NCBI GenBank assembly: GCA_051546255.1
Contig: CP128820.1
Span: 186,001 to 250,000 of the forward strand
Direction of reading: 5' to 3'
Origin: Meyerozyma guilliermondii
Taxonomy: Eukaryota
Length of the DNA stretch: 64,000 bases
Shown: piece by piece, positions 1 through 10,428 of the stretch
Position numbering within the stretch: the first letter of the stretch is position 1
Layout of the letters: each line of letters begins with the position of its first letter
The notes under the pieces: generated by a model
Database searches by the model: none
The model's input: the letters and a program-made list of their open reading frames with translations, nothing else
What the model was told of the DNA's origin: nothing
Position numbers and translations under genes: made by a program

Positions 1-1
1 C

Positions 2-3000
2 CCTTGCGTTCTACTCAAGTCCACCAAGCCATCGGAAAACGTGTACGAGCTATTAAGCAAGGTCAGACGCACGATAAAGTTTGACAAGAAAGATGACTTT
101 ATGTCTGTGGAAAATTACACGATTCTCAAAAACATATTCAAAAAAGATTCCACCGCAGACATAGTAGCATCTCTCAGTGAAGAGTCTCGACGCATAATGG
201 GACGATTAACTGACATTCTGGACTCTTCTGACTACGACCTTTATCCAGGGTGGGCTCCATTCGGTGGAAAAGTCGATGAGAACATTCCACTTTTTACTGA
301 ATTGACAATCCAAGACGTTACAATACAAGACTACTATATATGGACGTGGCTATCGTCTCTTGGATCGGATCAGCATAGTATAGTGAAGAGGAATTTTGGT
401 AGATCATTGATCGCCGAAGTCGAGGTCCTCGACCAGCGTAAGTGGATCGTTGTTTCTGAACAAATACTCTCTACAGAAGATTATTTGAAAAAGTTTGAGA
501 CCACTCCCACTGTTCCACCAAAAGATAGAATCATATCAAATGGGAGTCACAAAGACATGCCGCTACCTCCACCTCCACCTCCCCTGAAAGATGCGGATGA
601 GCCACTACCAAAGTATTACTTTGGAGGAGGAAGCGATGCTGGAACAATGGATAAATCGACAGATGATGATTACAATTTTCCAGACCAGGTCCAAAGTGAT
701 GAACTTGATGAATACAAAAAGTATTTGGAGTCTCTTAACGATTCAGACGACGAGATTCCCACCAAAGACTTTGCGGAAAAATTGAACCTTAAAACCCATG
801 TCGAAAAGAAGCTTCCAAAGCAACCAAAGAAACATAGACATCGTCCACCACCGCCTGACAGTCCTGTATCACCGGTAAGAAGCCACGCAGCTCCAGGGGG
901 TGAAGTCATAGCCAATCCTACGGGAAATCCTGCTAAGGCTCATCCTAAGGCCAATACTGCTAAAGCAAATCCTGCTATGGCTCATCCCACGGCCACTGCT
1001 TATCCCAATGTTGCGGCACACCCTAATGTGACTCATTCCGATGCCACTGCTCATCCCAATGTAGTGGCTCATCCCAACCACACCTACACGGCGCCAAACT
1101 TGAATGCCCATGAAGCTCCAACGATGTATCCTCAACAAGTTATGCCTCAGCCTGAACCGGCAGATTACCAAAACAACTACAATCACAACCCGCAAGATTA
1201 TCGTTCTAATGAATACTACTCAGAACCGTATGAAACTTACAGCACTCCTAATGATCATCAGGACCAACCAATCGCCCAGGAGCCCTTTGAAAACTACCAT
1301 GTACCCGTGGAGGAACACGGGGCATCGCATATCATTCCTAACGACCAAGACGGTGTTGTTGTTCCCGTTGTTCAGGAGAATATTGTAAATAGCGCTGATC
1401 ATCTTGTACAGCCCCCATCGGCTCCTGGCAGTCCTGACACGAAGGAGAAAAAGAGAAAAAAGAAGAAGAAGAAGTCAAGGAAAAATGAGGAACCTCCAAT
1501 GAATGCTTTAGTGCCAACAGGATTCTTTCCTCCCGGCCCACCTCCTAACTTCATGCCAGAAGGTCCAGAAGGTAGTTACTTTCCACCATATCCAACACCA
1601 ATGTTGCAAGAACCCTTACCAGAAACCAATGAACACGAAAAGAGAAAGAAGAAATCCAAGCGAAAAGACGCTTCCGTGTCTCCAATAAGAGAAAACAGGA
1701 ATATGGCTCCACCTCAATTAGATCAACCAGGAAATGGCCAGCTGATTACAATGACTAACGACTCTATCCCCACCATAGCAGCGCCAATGGAAGAAGCTGA
1801 TCAGCCTCCTTTACCCCCTTCGAAGGACACTCCTCGTCACGAACAACAAAGAGCAAGAACTCCTGAACACTTGCGACCAAGGTCCAAGCAGCAGCTAACA
1901 AAATCACCAAATCTCAGCGCTGATGTAGGATTGTCGCCAACTTTGACTGCTTCTGGTACACATGTCACACATCAGCCACAATACACCTCGAACCTTTCAC
2001 CACTGCCGGTATCCATGGCCCCACCCAATCAGGGCATGCCAGGTTCTGATACAGTGAAGCTGCAATCATTGAGTCCACTGCCAAGACTTCAACATCATGG
2101 CTCGCGACCAGCATCGTCATCGCCTCAACTAAGACTGCAAATCTCTTTCCATCAAGATTCATCGAGCCGTGGTCCGTCTCCACAACACGCTCCACAGCCT
2201 CAACAGCGTCACCCACCTCATCAACAATCTTACCAATCTCAAGAATATAACGGTACAAACCACCCTGTTCAGCAAAAATCTGCTCAAGGGTATAATAGTC
2301 CAAACTTTGCAACCCCAATGCCTCAAGGACCAAATATGCCACCTCCTTCATCCTCACCTCCTATGAAGGGCCTCCATCACCATCAACATAAAAATCACCA
2401 ACAACAAGCACCACTTCAGCATTTTCCACAGCAGCAATTGCCACAACAATTACCACAACAAGCACCCCAACAATTACCACAACATACACCACAACATGTA
2501 CCCCAGCAAGCACCTCAGCAAATACCTCAACAAGCACTCCAGCAAGTACCACATCAGCATGTACCACAGCATGGACATCCCCAAAGTTATTCTCCAGTAC
2601 CACAAGGCTATCCTCAAAGACCACCGCAGTCGTACTCTTACGGCCCTCAACAAGGTTACAACCCCGCTCCACCCCAAGGATATGCTCCAGATCCTTCACA
2701 AGGATATTCCCAGGGTCCAGTGCAGAATTACCCCCAAGGACCACAGGGATCACAAGGACCACCCCAGGGTTATTCTCAGCCTCCGCCCCAAGGATATGCC
2801 CAGCCTCCACCCCAAGGATACCATCCAGGACCCCCTCAAGGTCATGCCCAGAACATTCCACCCGCAATGCCACAACCATACCAACAGCATCCACAACAAC
2901 CTGGCCAGCCTCCGTACAATCAGCAATCACACCCTGGAGGATTTCAGCAACAGCCTGCTCCTTATGGGCAAGCTGGACACCAGCGACCACCAAGGAATAC

Positions 3001-3115
3001 AGCGGGTGATTTGGCTATGATGAACATGCCTCAAAGTCACAAACACCATAAAAATCAAGGGACCAACAAAGCCAGCTTGCGGGCGGCCTTTAACCAGGGT
3101 TCCTTTGGTATTTGA
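2..3115 (+). CDS. MSB1: MSB1-family morphogenesis protein, 5'-partial, with long Pro/Gln-rich C-terminal region
   Basis: Frame is open from the window edge (PCVLLKSTKPSENVYELL...). The block YYIWTWLSSLGSDQ...FGRSLIAEVEV...RKWIVVSEQ resembles the conserved Msb1 block. The rest is low complexity. Confidence 0.6.
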   Translation, partial: PCVLLKSTKPSENVYELLSKVRRTIKFDKKDDFMSVENYTILKNIFKKDSTADIVASLSEESRRIMGRLTDILDSSDYDLYPGWAPFGGKVDENIPLFTELTIQDVTIQDYYIWTWLSSLGSDQHSIVKRNFGRSLIAEVEVLDQRKWIVVSEQILSTEDYLKKFETTPTVPPKDRIISNGSHKDMPLPPPPPPLKDADEPLPKYYFGGGSDAGTMDKSTDDDYNFPDQVQSDELDEYKKYLESLNDSDDEIPTKDFAEKLNLKTHVEKKLPKQPKKHRHRPPPPDSPVSPVRSHAAPGGEVIANPTGNPAKAHPKANTAKANPAMAHPTATAYPNVAAHPNVTHSDATAHPNVVAHPNHTYTAPNLNAHEAPTMYPQQVMPQPEPADYQNNYNHNPQDYRSNEYYSEPYETYSTPNDHQDQPIAQEPFENYHVPVEEHGASHIIPNDQDGVVVPVVQENIVNSADHLVQPPSAPGSPDTKEKKRKKKKKKSRKNEEPPMNALVPTGFFPPGPPPNFMPEGPEGSYFPPYPTPMLQEPLPETNEHEKRKKKSKRKDASVSPIRENRNMAPPQLDQPGNGQLITMTNDSIPTIAAPMEEADQPPLPPSKDTPRHEQQRARTPEHLRPRSKQQLTKSPNLSADVGLSPTLTASGTHVTHQPQYTSNLSPLPVSMAPPNQGMPGSDTVKLQSLSPLPRLQHHGSRPASSSPQLRLQISFHQDSSSRGPSPQHAPQPQQRHPPHQQSYQSQEYNGTNHPVQQKSAQGYNSPNFATPMPQGPNMPPPSSSPPMKGLHHHQHKNHQQQAPLQHFPQQQLPQQLPQQAPQQLPQHTPQHVPQQAPQQIPQQALQQVPHQHVPQHGHPQSYSPVPQGYPQRPPQSYSYGPQQGYNPAPPQGYAPDPSQGYSQGPVQNYPQGPQGSQGPPQGYSQPPPQGYAQPPPQGYHPGPPQGHAQNIPPAMPQPYQQHPQQPGQPPYNQQSHPGGFQQQPAPYGQAGHQRPPRNTAGDLAMMNMPQSHKHHKNQGTNKASLRAAFNQGSFGI
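910..1081 (+). repeat. Degenerate coding repeat, A(H/N/Y)P units spaced about 6 aa (18 nt)
   Basis: ANPTGNPAKAHPKANTAKANPAMAHPTATAYPNVAAHPNVTHSDATAHPNVVAHPN, with recurring gctcatccc/aatcct. Confidence 0.7.
2425..2845 (+). repeat. Coding tandem repeats: PQQx/PQHx (12 nt) followed by PPQGY-type units (about 24 nt)
   Basis: ccacaacaatta-type units, then recurring ccccaaggata/cagcctcc. Confidence 0.8.
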
Positions 3116-3215
3116 AGCAATAGCATGAAACAAGCTACATTTACTACATTGTTGCTTGTAAGATGATGTATCTTGATGAATAAATAGATAATAAATACTT
3201 ACGACACAAGAGACT

Positions 3216-5528
3216 TCAATATTCGGAAAGACGCAATTTCTTTCCAATTTCTCTCACCGAGAACCCTGCGTTCATCTTATTGAGGAAAGGAGGTTCAGGG
3301 CTTGGACCTCTAGATTTGATGTCTTCTTCTCCCATATCGAAATAGCCGTATCCTCCTAACAAAGTTGACAACGCTGGGGAAGCCTTTGCTGGTGTAGGTG
3401 CAACAGCTGCAACTGGCGAAGCTTTAGGTGCTGTAGGTGAAGTTCTGATCTTCGCTTCAATTGGCGCATTGGTTGGTCCTTCATGGGTTTCCTTGAACAA
3501 GCGGTAAACTTCATTGAAGTAGGACTCAAGAGTTACCAAGAAACGTTCAGTTTGTCTATGCTTGGATGCTGCACAGATAGAAATCGAATCGTCTTTGATA
3601 ATATAGCCCAAACCAAAACCGTTAGCTGATACAGGTCCAAATCCAAATAAACGCAAAGCAGGATTTCCACAATTGGACGTAGAAAGAACAGTGTTATTGA
3701 GTTTATCCCACCCGAGGTCGCTGAAGATACTTGGGAGTTCCCTCAAGCTTGATTCTGAAGCTTGGTTCACCACTGTCTGATCTGAAGAGTGAGTCTCATT
3801 GTCATCGTCAACGAGGGTACTGATGGACGCCCTCTGATTTTCTGTGGTTATAGTGTCACTGTTGCTCATCGTGATAGCATTGAACTTTTCAATAACTTTC
3901 TCCTGGGAGGTGGTGATTTCAGACTCATTTTCAATGTCCAAGTACCGCTTCCAAACACAGAAAAGGGCATACAAATGACGGTCAACACCCTTTCCAGAAG
4001 CGCAGAGTTTGGTCTGTTGCGCATGCAGCTCGCAAGCTTTAGATAAATATGACAATTTGTCTTTGTTCGACACATTCAGGTCAAAAAACTTCCTTACAAA
4101 CAAGTTGGATTCTTGCGAAACGGGTCTGATTGCTTCTGTTCTTCCGTGAAAGAATTGCTTGGTCATAGCAGGCTCGTAAGTGCATTCAACCTTACCATAT
4201 AATGCATAATAAGTTGCCTGGAAAGCCATTTGGACGAATGCATCTGGGGAATACTTCATCTTCTTAATTGTAGAAGAGCCGTAGTTCTTGAATTCCAAGT
4301 GCTTGAACTCATTCTGGTTAATCAAGTCAGACAACCTTGTCTCACCAAAACGCAATGCAAGAGAGAGATCAGGAGTAACGTCCCATTCAATCTTCCTTGG
4401 AACCGTAACCAAATCCTCCTCTGTTGAAGAGAACTTTCTGTTGTCCTCAACCCAGAGTGATGGCGCATTGCCATTGATTGAACTTGCGAAAGACAAGATA
4501 GAATCAGTGTAAATGTCACTCACAAATCTCAAAACTGTATGGCCATCGACACCAGTATGCTCAAAATTGATACCGGCTTTACCGTTCTGGGTGACAATAA
4601 TTTGCAACTTGTCGTACCATCTATTGGTACATGTTCCCACTTGCACTCCTTTATCCAAGATAGACAAGCCACAAAGCATATTCTTGGCAAGATCAGATAA
4701 GTCATGAAGCTTAATGTCATCCAAACACAAAATGAACAAGGCAGAATCGATAATGGAGAGAACTTCACGGTTATTCTCGTTGTCTTTGATGGTTTTCGAG
4801 TTTCTAATTTTTGCCCAAATGCGTCTGTTTTCCGTGGTCAACACACCAAACGAAGATTTGGCAACTTCGCTGATCGAAGTGCTTAGAGAATCTTGAACAA
4901 TTGAGGTAAAGTTTAACACCAAGTCTTGTTCAGACATGATCAAATCATTGTTCAGGTCCAAAACGTCAAACCAGTAGAATTGAGACTTGCTCATCACGAC
5001 AATATGATTCGATTTGGGGTCTGTTTGCATCATGCAACCATCGGTGGTGGGAATTCTCGAAGCGCCAAAAAGCTTAGAGTACTGATACATGCACAATGGT
5101 TGCTTGTTACGCAACTTGTCAACGGAAAGTGTCTCGTTCTTGAGAGCCCTTATAAACTTCAAAGAGGATAAAGTCAACGACGCTGCTCTTTTTACTTGTG
5201 GATTCACCGACATGGTCTCGTTGTTGAACGGATCATCTTCCAAGAGGAAAAAAGGGTTCAAGTTTAAAACCACCGGGGAGTCGTAATTCAAGTACGAGTC
5301 ATACCAGAATTGTTCAATGTAAGAGTTTCTGGTCTCGGCGTACTTGCGCAATTCGCTATCCAAGTAAGCTCCGGTGCCGTCCTTGAGGAACTTTTCCACG
5401 GCTGCCTTGGTGGTTTCATGTTCCTTTTCATTTTGAAGAGGTTTAAGTACTTTGAGATATTGACCACAAGTCTCTTCTAAGGTTGGAATGGGTAGCTTTT
5501 GTAGCTGGTCTTGGTACTGGAAAGTCAT
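3216..5528 (-). CDS. YAT1: Carnitine O-acetyltransferase (Yat1/Ctn1 type)
   Basis: LPIPTLEET, NRWYDKLQ, catalytic FEHTGVDG, GRTEAIR and LSTSNCG motifs; ATG start. Confidence 0.9.
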   Translation of the reverse strand: MTFQYQDQLQKLPIPTLEETCGQYLKVLKPLQNEKEHETTKAAVEKFLKDGTGAYLDSELRKYAETRNSYIEQFWYDSYLNYDSPVVLNLNPFFLLEDDPFNNETMSVNPQVKRAASLTLSSLKFIRALKNETLSVDKLRNKQPLCMYQYSKLFGASRIPTTDGCMMQTDPKSNHIVVMSKSQFYWFDVLDLNNDLIMSEQDLVLNFTSIVQDSLSTSISEVAKSSFGVLTTENRRIWAKIRNSKTIKDNENNREVLSIIDSALFILCLDDIKLHDLSDLAKNMLCGLSILDKGVQVGTCTNRWYDKLQIIVTQNGKAGINFEHTGVDGHTVLRFVSDIYTDSILSFASSINGNAPSLWVEDNRKFSSTEEDLVTVPRKIEWDVTPDLSLALRFGETRLSDLINQNEFKHLEFKNYGSSTIKKMKYSPDAFVQMAFQATYYALYGKVECTYEPAMTKQFFHGRTEAIRPVSQESNLFVRKFFDLNVSNKDKLSYLSKACELHAQQTKLCASGKGVDRHLYALFCVWKRYLDIENESEITTSQEKVIEKFNAITMSNSDTITTENQRASISTLVDDDNETHSSDQTVVNQASESSLRELPSIFSDLGWDKLNNTVLSTSNCGNPALRLFGFGPVSANGFGLGYIIKDDSISICAASKHRQTERFLVTLESYFNEVYRLFKETHEGPTNAPIEAKIRTSPTAPKASPVAAVAPTPAKASPALSTLLGGYGYFDMGEEDIKSRGPSPEPPFLNKMNAGFSVREIGKKLRLSEY

Positions 5529-5725
5529 AAATCAAATAAATAATGGTCAAACGTTAAAAGTCAAGCAGAATGTGGAGAAGGTAATGATCGAATATCAAGC
5601 AAAAAAACAGCCAGATTCGAGCCTAATAATGCAATCAGAATGTCAATAAATAGTCCAGCCTTCACCACCGGTTGAAATTTCAGGAAGTGTGGGCCAGGAA
5701 TGGCGGTCTCTTTATATGGCTAATG

Positions 5726-5931
5726 TCCGGGGTAAACCTGTCGATATACAGTACTGCAGCACTCCGGTCATCCGCGACCCCAGTGATTGGCTCGGAGTTG
5801 AGTGCGGTAGGCTCGGAGTGCACCACTCGAACCGCGCGAATTGGGGTGATACGCAATCGGACTTTAGCAAAATGTGGGGTCGCTAGAAAATGGGGTGCAT
5901 CGAGAATTTCTTTCGGACTTGATTCCCTCGG
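5726..5931. promoter_or_regulatory. YAT1 upstream region with CSRE-like, Mig1-like and CCTCGG elements
   Basis: TCCGGTCATCCG 5763-5774 (one mismatch to CSRE), AAAATGTGGGG 5869-5879, CCTCGG 5926-5931, GGCTCGGAGT direct repeat at 5789 and 5810. Confidence 0.45.
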
Positions 5932-6119
5932 TAGCCATACACATATATCAGCTACAGTAAGAAAAACTTAACGAAACTGAAAAATTTTACTCGTGTCTTA
6001 CCAAGGTATCCCATTGACGGCTGCGCTTCGGACCAGCGCAATATGCGCTTAAGTCCTTATCACCAATCCGCGATTCCGATAACGTCATTGGATTAGGGCT
6101 TAGTCTATCTAGTTGATTG

Positions 6120-8045
6120 CTAATAGCCATCGGCTCCACCCCTTTTTCTCCAATAATCACCCACACCTTCCCACCAGCTTCCTTCACTAGTATCAACCCG
6201 CTCTACACCATTCATTGATGTCATGCTGCCTCCCTCATAAAAATCATGGCCCAACTTCTCCATCTGACTCTGGATTGACTCGGTGCCGTATCTCGTGTGC
6301 TCTTCTTCGAACAACTCGTTGTTTTCGACCATGATAAACTCGGGTATCAACTGGTGGTGCATTCTAGGATACAGAATTGCTTTCAAAAGATCCATTTTCT
6401 TGTAGATTACTCTGACAATGGCCTGGAACACAGCCGTGGTGATCCGAGATCCTCCTGCTGCACCGATAACCAATTTGGGAATGTACGAGCCGTCGTCTTG
6501 TTCAACCGACAATATAGTGGGTGATACCGACAGAAGCGGTCTCTTGTAAGGTTCAATGAAATTGTAAATTGAAGGAGTCAAATTGAATGCATTGGATGTA
6601 CCGGGAACCAGAAAGTCGTCCATTTCGTTATTGAGAATAACCCCAGTCTTGTTGTCGTAGACCATTGACCCGAAAAGTAAATTGACCGTAGTAGTCATTC
6701 CCACCGCATTGCCCTTTTCGTCAACGACTGAAAAATGTGTAGTTCCGTGAGGCTCTGTAAGTTGGTACGCTGGTTCATAGTGGCTGAACGGGAATGTTTG
6801 TGTGTCTGAATAATTACCAGAATCAAGAATTTCCAGCGACCACTGTTCTGAAGTATATTTCTTGATAAGTTGCTGGCGGTACGTTGCGTTGGATTGGTGA
6901 ACCTCAAAGTCGCCAAAGTGTGATCTTGCTGAAGCCATCCACTTCATTCCCTCAATAATTTTATGTGTAGTGAGCAAATCAGTATCGTTAGCGGTCACTG
7001 CTGCATGGTAGAAATTGAGTCCCGCAAGAAGAGCAAGTCCAGAAGAGGCACCGGATGAGGTGACAACCCTATGATTCAACCCATCAATGTCATAAGTTGC
7101 AGACAATGGAGTCTCAACCCGAACCTCATATCTTGCAAAATCTTCCTTCTTCAAAACACCCCCTACACGATTAGCCGCTTCAACCAAGTGACCCACTATA
7201 GGACCCTCGGGGTCGTAGAATATTTTCGAGGATCCGTTGCGTGCAATAAGCTCCAAAGTGTTCGCAAGATTGGGCCGCTTAATAATATCACCCTCAGAGA
7301 CAGCGGTCCTGCCATCTCTCTTGTATACAAAGTCCCAGCTCTCAGCAATCTTTCGTAAGAACGGAAAGATGACTTTCACCTCTAAATTAATAGCCTTTGA
7401 AAGAATTACACTGCACTCAAATCCTCGACGGTTCATCTCGATGACTGGCTCAAGCAACTCAGACCAAGTGAGATTTCCCGAACCATGGCGCCTATAAAGC
7501 TCTTCGAGGCCCTGTAACTCTCCTGGTATAGCAACTGCGAGGCCACCGATCATAGATAAAACAGGGTTCGATACGTACATGTCTTTGTAAGCAGCCAGAG
7601 GTGCCATTTCTCTGGCATCTATGCTAATTTCGGGCTCTTTGGCCTCACTATTGCTGGAAACAATATATCCTCCACCTCCTATACCCGAGGAATGCAGATT
7701 GATACTTCCAAGACACAATGCTATGGTAACAGCTGCATCGGCAGCATTGCCACCTCTTTGTAAAATTGCCTTTCCCATCGTTGAACACTGAGGAACATCA
7801 CTGCTGACCATGGCTTTAGCCCCTAGTGCCCTGTGCTCCTTAGAAGGATCTAGGTCTGGAGTACCTATTAAATCTGCCAAAGGATCTCTTAAGATTCCTT
7901 CGTAGATGGAGTAGTCAAATACCTCATGTTTTTGGTATAGAGAAAGAGTGTATAAGCAAATACAAAGTAGTAGTGTAACCAGAAAGGGCTTCCGCACATC
8001 GAAGCGACGGCCGCGTATGCGATAATTGCTTTTATGTTTTTCCAT
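6120..8045 (-). CDS. ECM38: Gamma-glutamyltranspeptidase (glutathione hydrolase), type II membrane protein
   Basis: GGNAADAA, SSGIGGG, IDAREMAP, autocleavage HGTTHFSVVD, LNNEMDDF, GAAGGSRI; N-terminal TM; first ATG at 8045 (track start 8159 is TTG). Confidence 0.93.
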   Translation of the reverse strand: MEKHKSNYRIRGRRFDVRKPFLVTLLLCICLYTLSLYQKHEVFDYSIYEGILRDPLADLIGTPDLDPSKEHRALGAKAMVSSDVPQCSTMGKAILQRGGNAADAAVTIALCLGSINLHSSGIGGGGYIVSSNSEAKEPEISIDAREMAPLAAYKDMYVSNPVLSMIGGLAVAIPGELQGLEELYRRHGSGNLTWSELLEPVIEMNRRGFECSVILSKAINLEVKVIFPFLRKIAESWDFVYKRDGRTAVSEGDIIKRPNLANTLELIARNGSSKIFYDPEGPIVGHLVEAANRVGGVLKKEDFARYEVRVETPLSATYDIDGLNHRVVTSSGASSGLALLAGLNFYHAAVTANDTDLLTTHKIIEGMKWMASARSHFGDFEVHQSNATYRQQLIKKYTSEQWSLEILDSGNYSDTQTFPFSHYEPAYQLTEPHGTTHFSVVDEKGNAVGMTTTVNLLFGSMVYDNKTGVILNNEMDDFLVPGTSNAFNLTPSIYNFIEPYKRPLLSVSPTILSVEQDDGSYIPKLVIGAAGGSRITTAVFQAIVRVIYKKMDLLKAILYPRMHHQLIPEFIMVENNELFEEEHTRYGTESIQSQMEKLGHDFYEGGSMTSMNGVERVDTSEGSWWEGVGDYWRKRGGADGY

Positions 8046-8136
8046 TATGGTATATAAATAATAAGAAATGCTCGTCCGCTTATCTATTGTCGCACGATAT
8101 GATAGCACTGCACAGAGCCGATGATGGTTGCAATGG

Positions 8137-10308
8137 TCAGGAATACGAATTGAAATCAAGCGAGCTTGGATATTTCTGTATGATTGCAGGAACCTTTATA
8201 GATACCTTTTCTCCGTTGGAGAGCTTGATGCTGATCTTGAAGTGATAGAGCCTGGCAAGATAACAAGATTGGAAATCAGGTATAAGGCAAAATTCTCCTG
8301 GCTGCGAATTTGTACCTGAGCCTATCATTCTTACCAGATCCATATCAACATTCAACGTAAATGACTTTGTAAACTTCTTTTTTGTAGTTTCTTGGGTCAC
8401 TGACTTGTATGGAATGGATGCCAATGACTCAAACTTTTTATCACCACAAGTAACATAGGTCTTGGTGACTTTGAGAACATTGTACTTGCTTGAAAGATTT
8501 GCAAGACTTTTGATATCAAAGATCATATCTTTATCTATACCCAATGCCTCGCTCCCGAGCTCCCGCATATGGTGAGAAAGCTCTATCGCATACTTCTGAC
8601 ATCGTTTTACGGTGATATGGTCAAAGTTGTCGGTTTCACGTCCCTCATTTCGGAATAGCATATCTGGGTGAAACACAACAGGAATAGGTAGAGAGCGGGT
8701 CTTGATCGTTAGTGATACAAGCTGCACGGAAGTGCTGATGATTTCGGGAGGATCATAATTGCCAATGGGAACAAACGAGACTTCAAGTGGAATACGAGCA
8801 ATAGTGGTATTGGGAGCTTTATCAGGATATCGAGCAAGGGGAACATAACTAGCTCGAATCTCCTTCTTATGACATGAAAGTGCAATTAGTCCAATCTCCT
8901 TGCTATGGCCCATAAGACTTCGTTTTTTATACTTGTGATAAACTTCGTACTTGTCGCTTGAGCGAGGTCGAGACCTTGTTTGTGAGTAGTAAGATTGTTG
9001 AAGTTTCTGCAGTTCTTCCACACTAACTGAAGGAACCAAACCTTCATCCTCAGTACTCTGATCGGATTTCGGAGCTTGCGACAATTGCTGTGCTTTATCA
9101 AGTATCGCTTCAATTTTGGTCATTAAATTTTCGTACAATAATTTAGACTCTTGATTAATCATGGACCTGTTGAGTTCAAAAGCGGGGTCTGTCCTTCCAA
9201 TCACACGAAGATAGCAATTGGCTTCGTTTGCAACCACATATTCGTTGGCTAGTTTCCCTGCGTCAGCGACAGGGTATCTGGTGAATTCCTTGTACTCTTC
9301 GGCTCTACCGATTATTTTTGCTGTCACACAGTAACTAACACTTGTATCCTCCAAACAAAAATCGTTGGTCTGCGAGGCATATTTCCTGTCTGGATGTTTT
9401 GAACGGTGATCCACATCTTCTGGTTTGAAATCCGCATGGTCTCTCCATTTTTCCCGCAATCTAGTGAGAACTTCGTTCTTCGACACCCCAAACGTTGGTG
9501 GTAGTTGAAGGTGCTTTACGAGGCCATGTGGTTTACATGAATAGTCCAACAACCGGTCTGGGATCTTGAAAGTGAAAAATTTCTTGTACGTGATTCCTGG
9601 CTCGAATACCTTTCTAATATCCAAGAACACCTGGGTATTGTCAACCGGATCAAGGCGCGCAACATGAACATGAGGATTATTATTATCAGAAACGAGCCGG
9701 TCCAAGGTACCATCGTTGTATGAGGCATTGAAGTCCAACATGGTGAGAAAACGCTGAACTAGTTTTGGGTTTTGAACAACTGGACGCTTGGAGTCGCCGA
9801 GAATCGTGGCTCCTTCGAGTGCTACTGCGAACATGTCAAATGGAATCGTGGTGGTGGTACGATTAACTATCGTAACAAAGCCATTGATCACATCTCCTTG
9901 TTCATACTCAACAGACAAGGGGTCTATGATTGTAGCAGGGACTCCTATCATCCCTAACTCATCTGTGAGATGTATCTTTACCTCTAGCTTAGATGCTAGA
10001 TCTCTGTTCGTTGAAGTCAATCTTTTCAATTTGTGAGAATTAGCCAAGATAGTGTCGTCCCACGAAGTGAAGGGTTCATTGATCTCTTGAACCGGCGAGT
10101 TGGCCATAGAAACTCCTCCAAAGTAATCAACATCTCCGCTAGCAGCGGATGATATGGGTGTTACATCATAGCTTGGTGGCTCGCTTCGTAAGTCTTCATT
10201 TGTCGCTATGAGTGGCTTGGAAACAATACTACGGAACATTTGGTATGAGGGGAGAATCGTTATCAATCTATCATCTTCTCGTCGCTCTTTTTCTTCTTTC
10301 TTTGTCAT
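8137..10308 (-). CDS. Bul1-family arrestin-like Rsp5 adaptor (paralogue A)
   Basis: ILPSYQMF, PY motif PPSY, YEQGDVINGFVTI, PFDMFAVALEG, PDFQSCYLARLY; first ATG at 10308. Confidence 0.85.
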   Translation of the reverse strand: MTKKEEKERREDDRLITILPSYQMFRSIVSKPLIATNEDLRSEPPSYDVTPISSAASGDVDYFGGVSMANSPVQEINEPFTSWDDTILANSHKLKRLTSTNRDLASKLEVKIHLTDELGMIGVPATIIDPLSVEYEQGDVINGFVTIVNRTTTTIPFDMFAVALEGATILGDSKRPVVQNPKLVQRFLTMLDFNASYNDGTLDRLVSDNNNPHVHVARLDPVDNTQVFLDIRKVFEPGITYKKFFTFKIPDRLLDYSCKPHGLVKHLQLPPTFGVSKNEVLTRLREKWRDHADFKPEDVDHRSKHPDRKYASQTNDFCLEDTSVSYCVTAKIIGRAEEYKEFTRYPVADAGKLANEYVVANEANCYLRVIGRTDPAFELNRSMINQESKLLYENLMTKIEAILDKAQQLSQAPKSDQSTEDEGLVPSVSVEELQKLQQSYYSQTRSRPRSSDKYEVYHKYKKRSLMGHSKEIGLIALSCHKKEIRASYVPLARYPDKAPNTTIARIPLEVSFVPIGNYDPPEIISTSVQLVSLTIKTRSLPIPVVFHPDMLFRNEGRETDNFDHITVKRCQKYAIELSHHMRELGSEALGIDKDMIFDIKSLANLSSKYNVLKVTKTYVTCGDKKFESLASIPYKSVTQETTKKKFTKSFTLNVDMDLVRMIGSGTNSQPGEFCLIPDFQSCYLARLYHFKISIKLSNGEKVSIKVPAIIQKYPSSLDFNSYS

Positions 10309-10428
10309 CTGGAATACTCTCCACAAACTGCGGTTTGTCCTAGTCTCAAATGATAAATCGATCTATGCAGGGAAGTCGGGTGCAAAATACGAAGACATAT
10401 TATATGGTTTTGCTTAAAGAGTCGCTAT

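Noticed and set aside
8046..8159. Apparent overlap of the GGT ORF with Bul1-A, and of the LYR subunit ORF with RIC1 (38825-38915)
   Set aside because: Caused by upstream non-ATG or implausible starts in the ORF track. The overlaps vanish with starts at 8045 and 38714.
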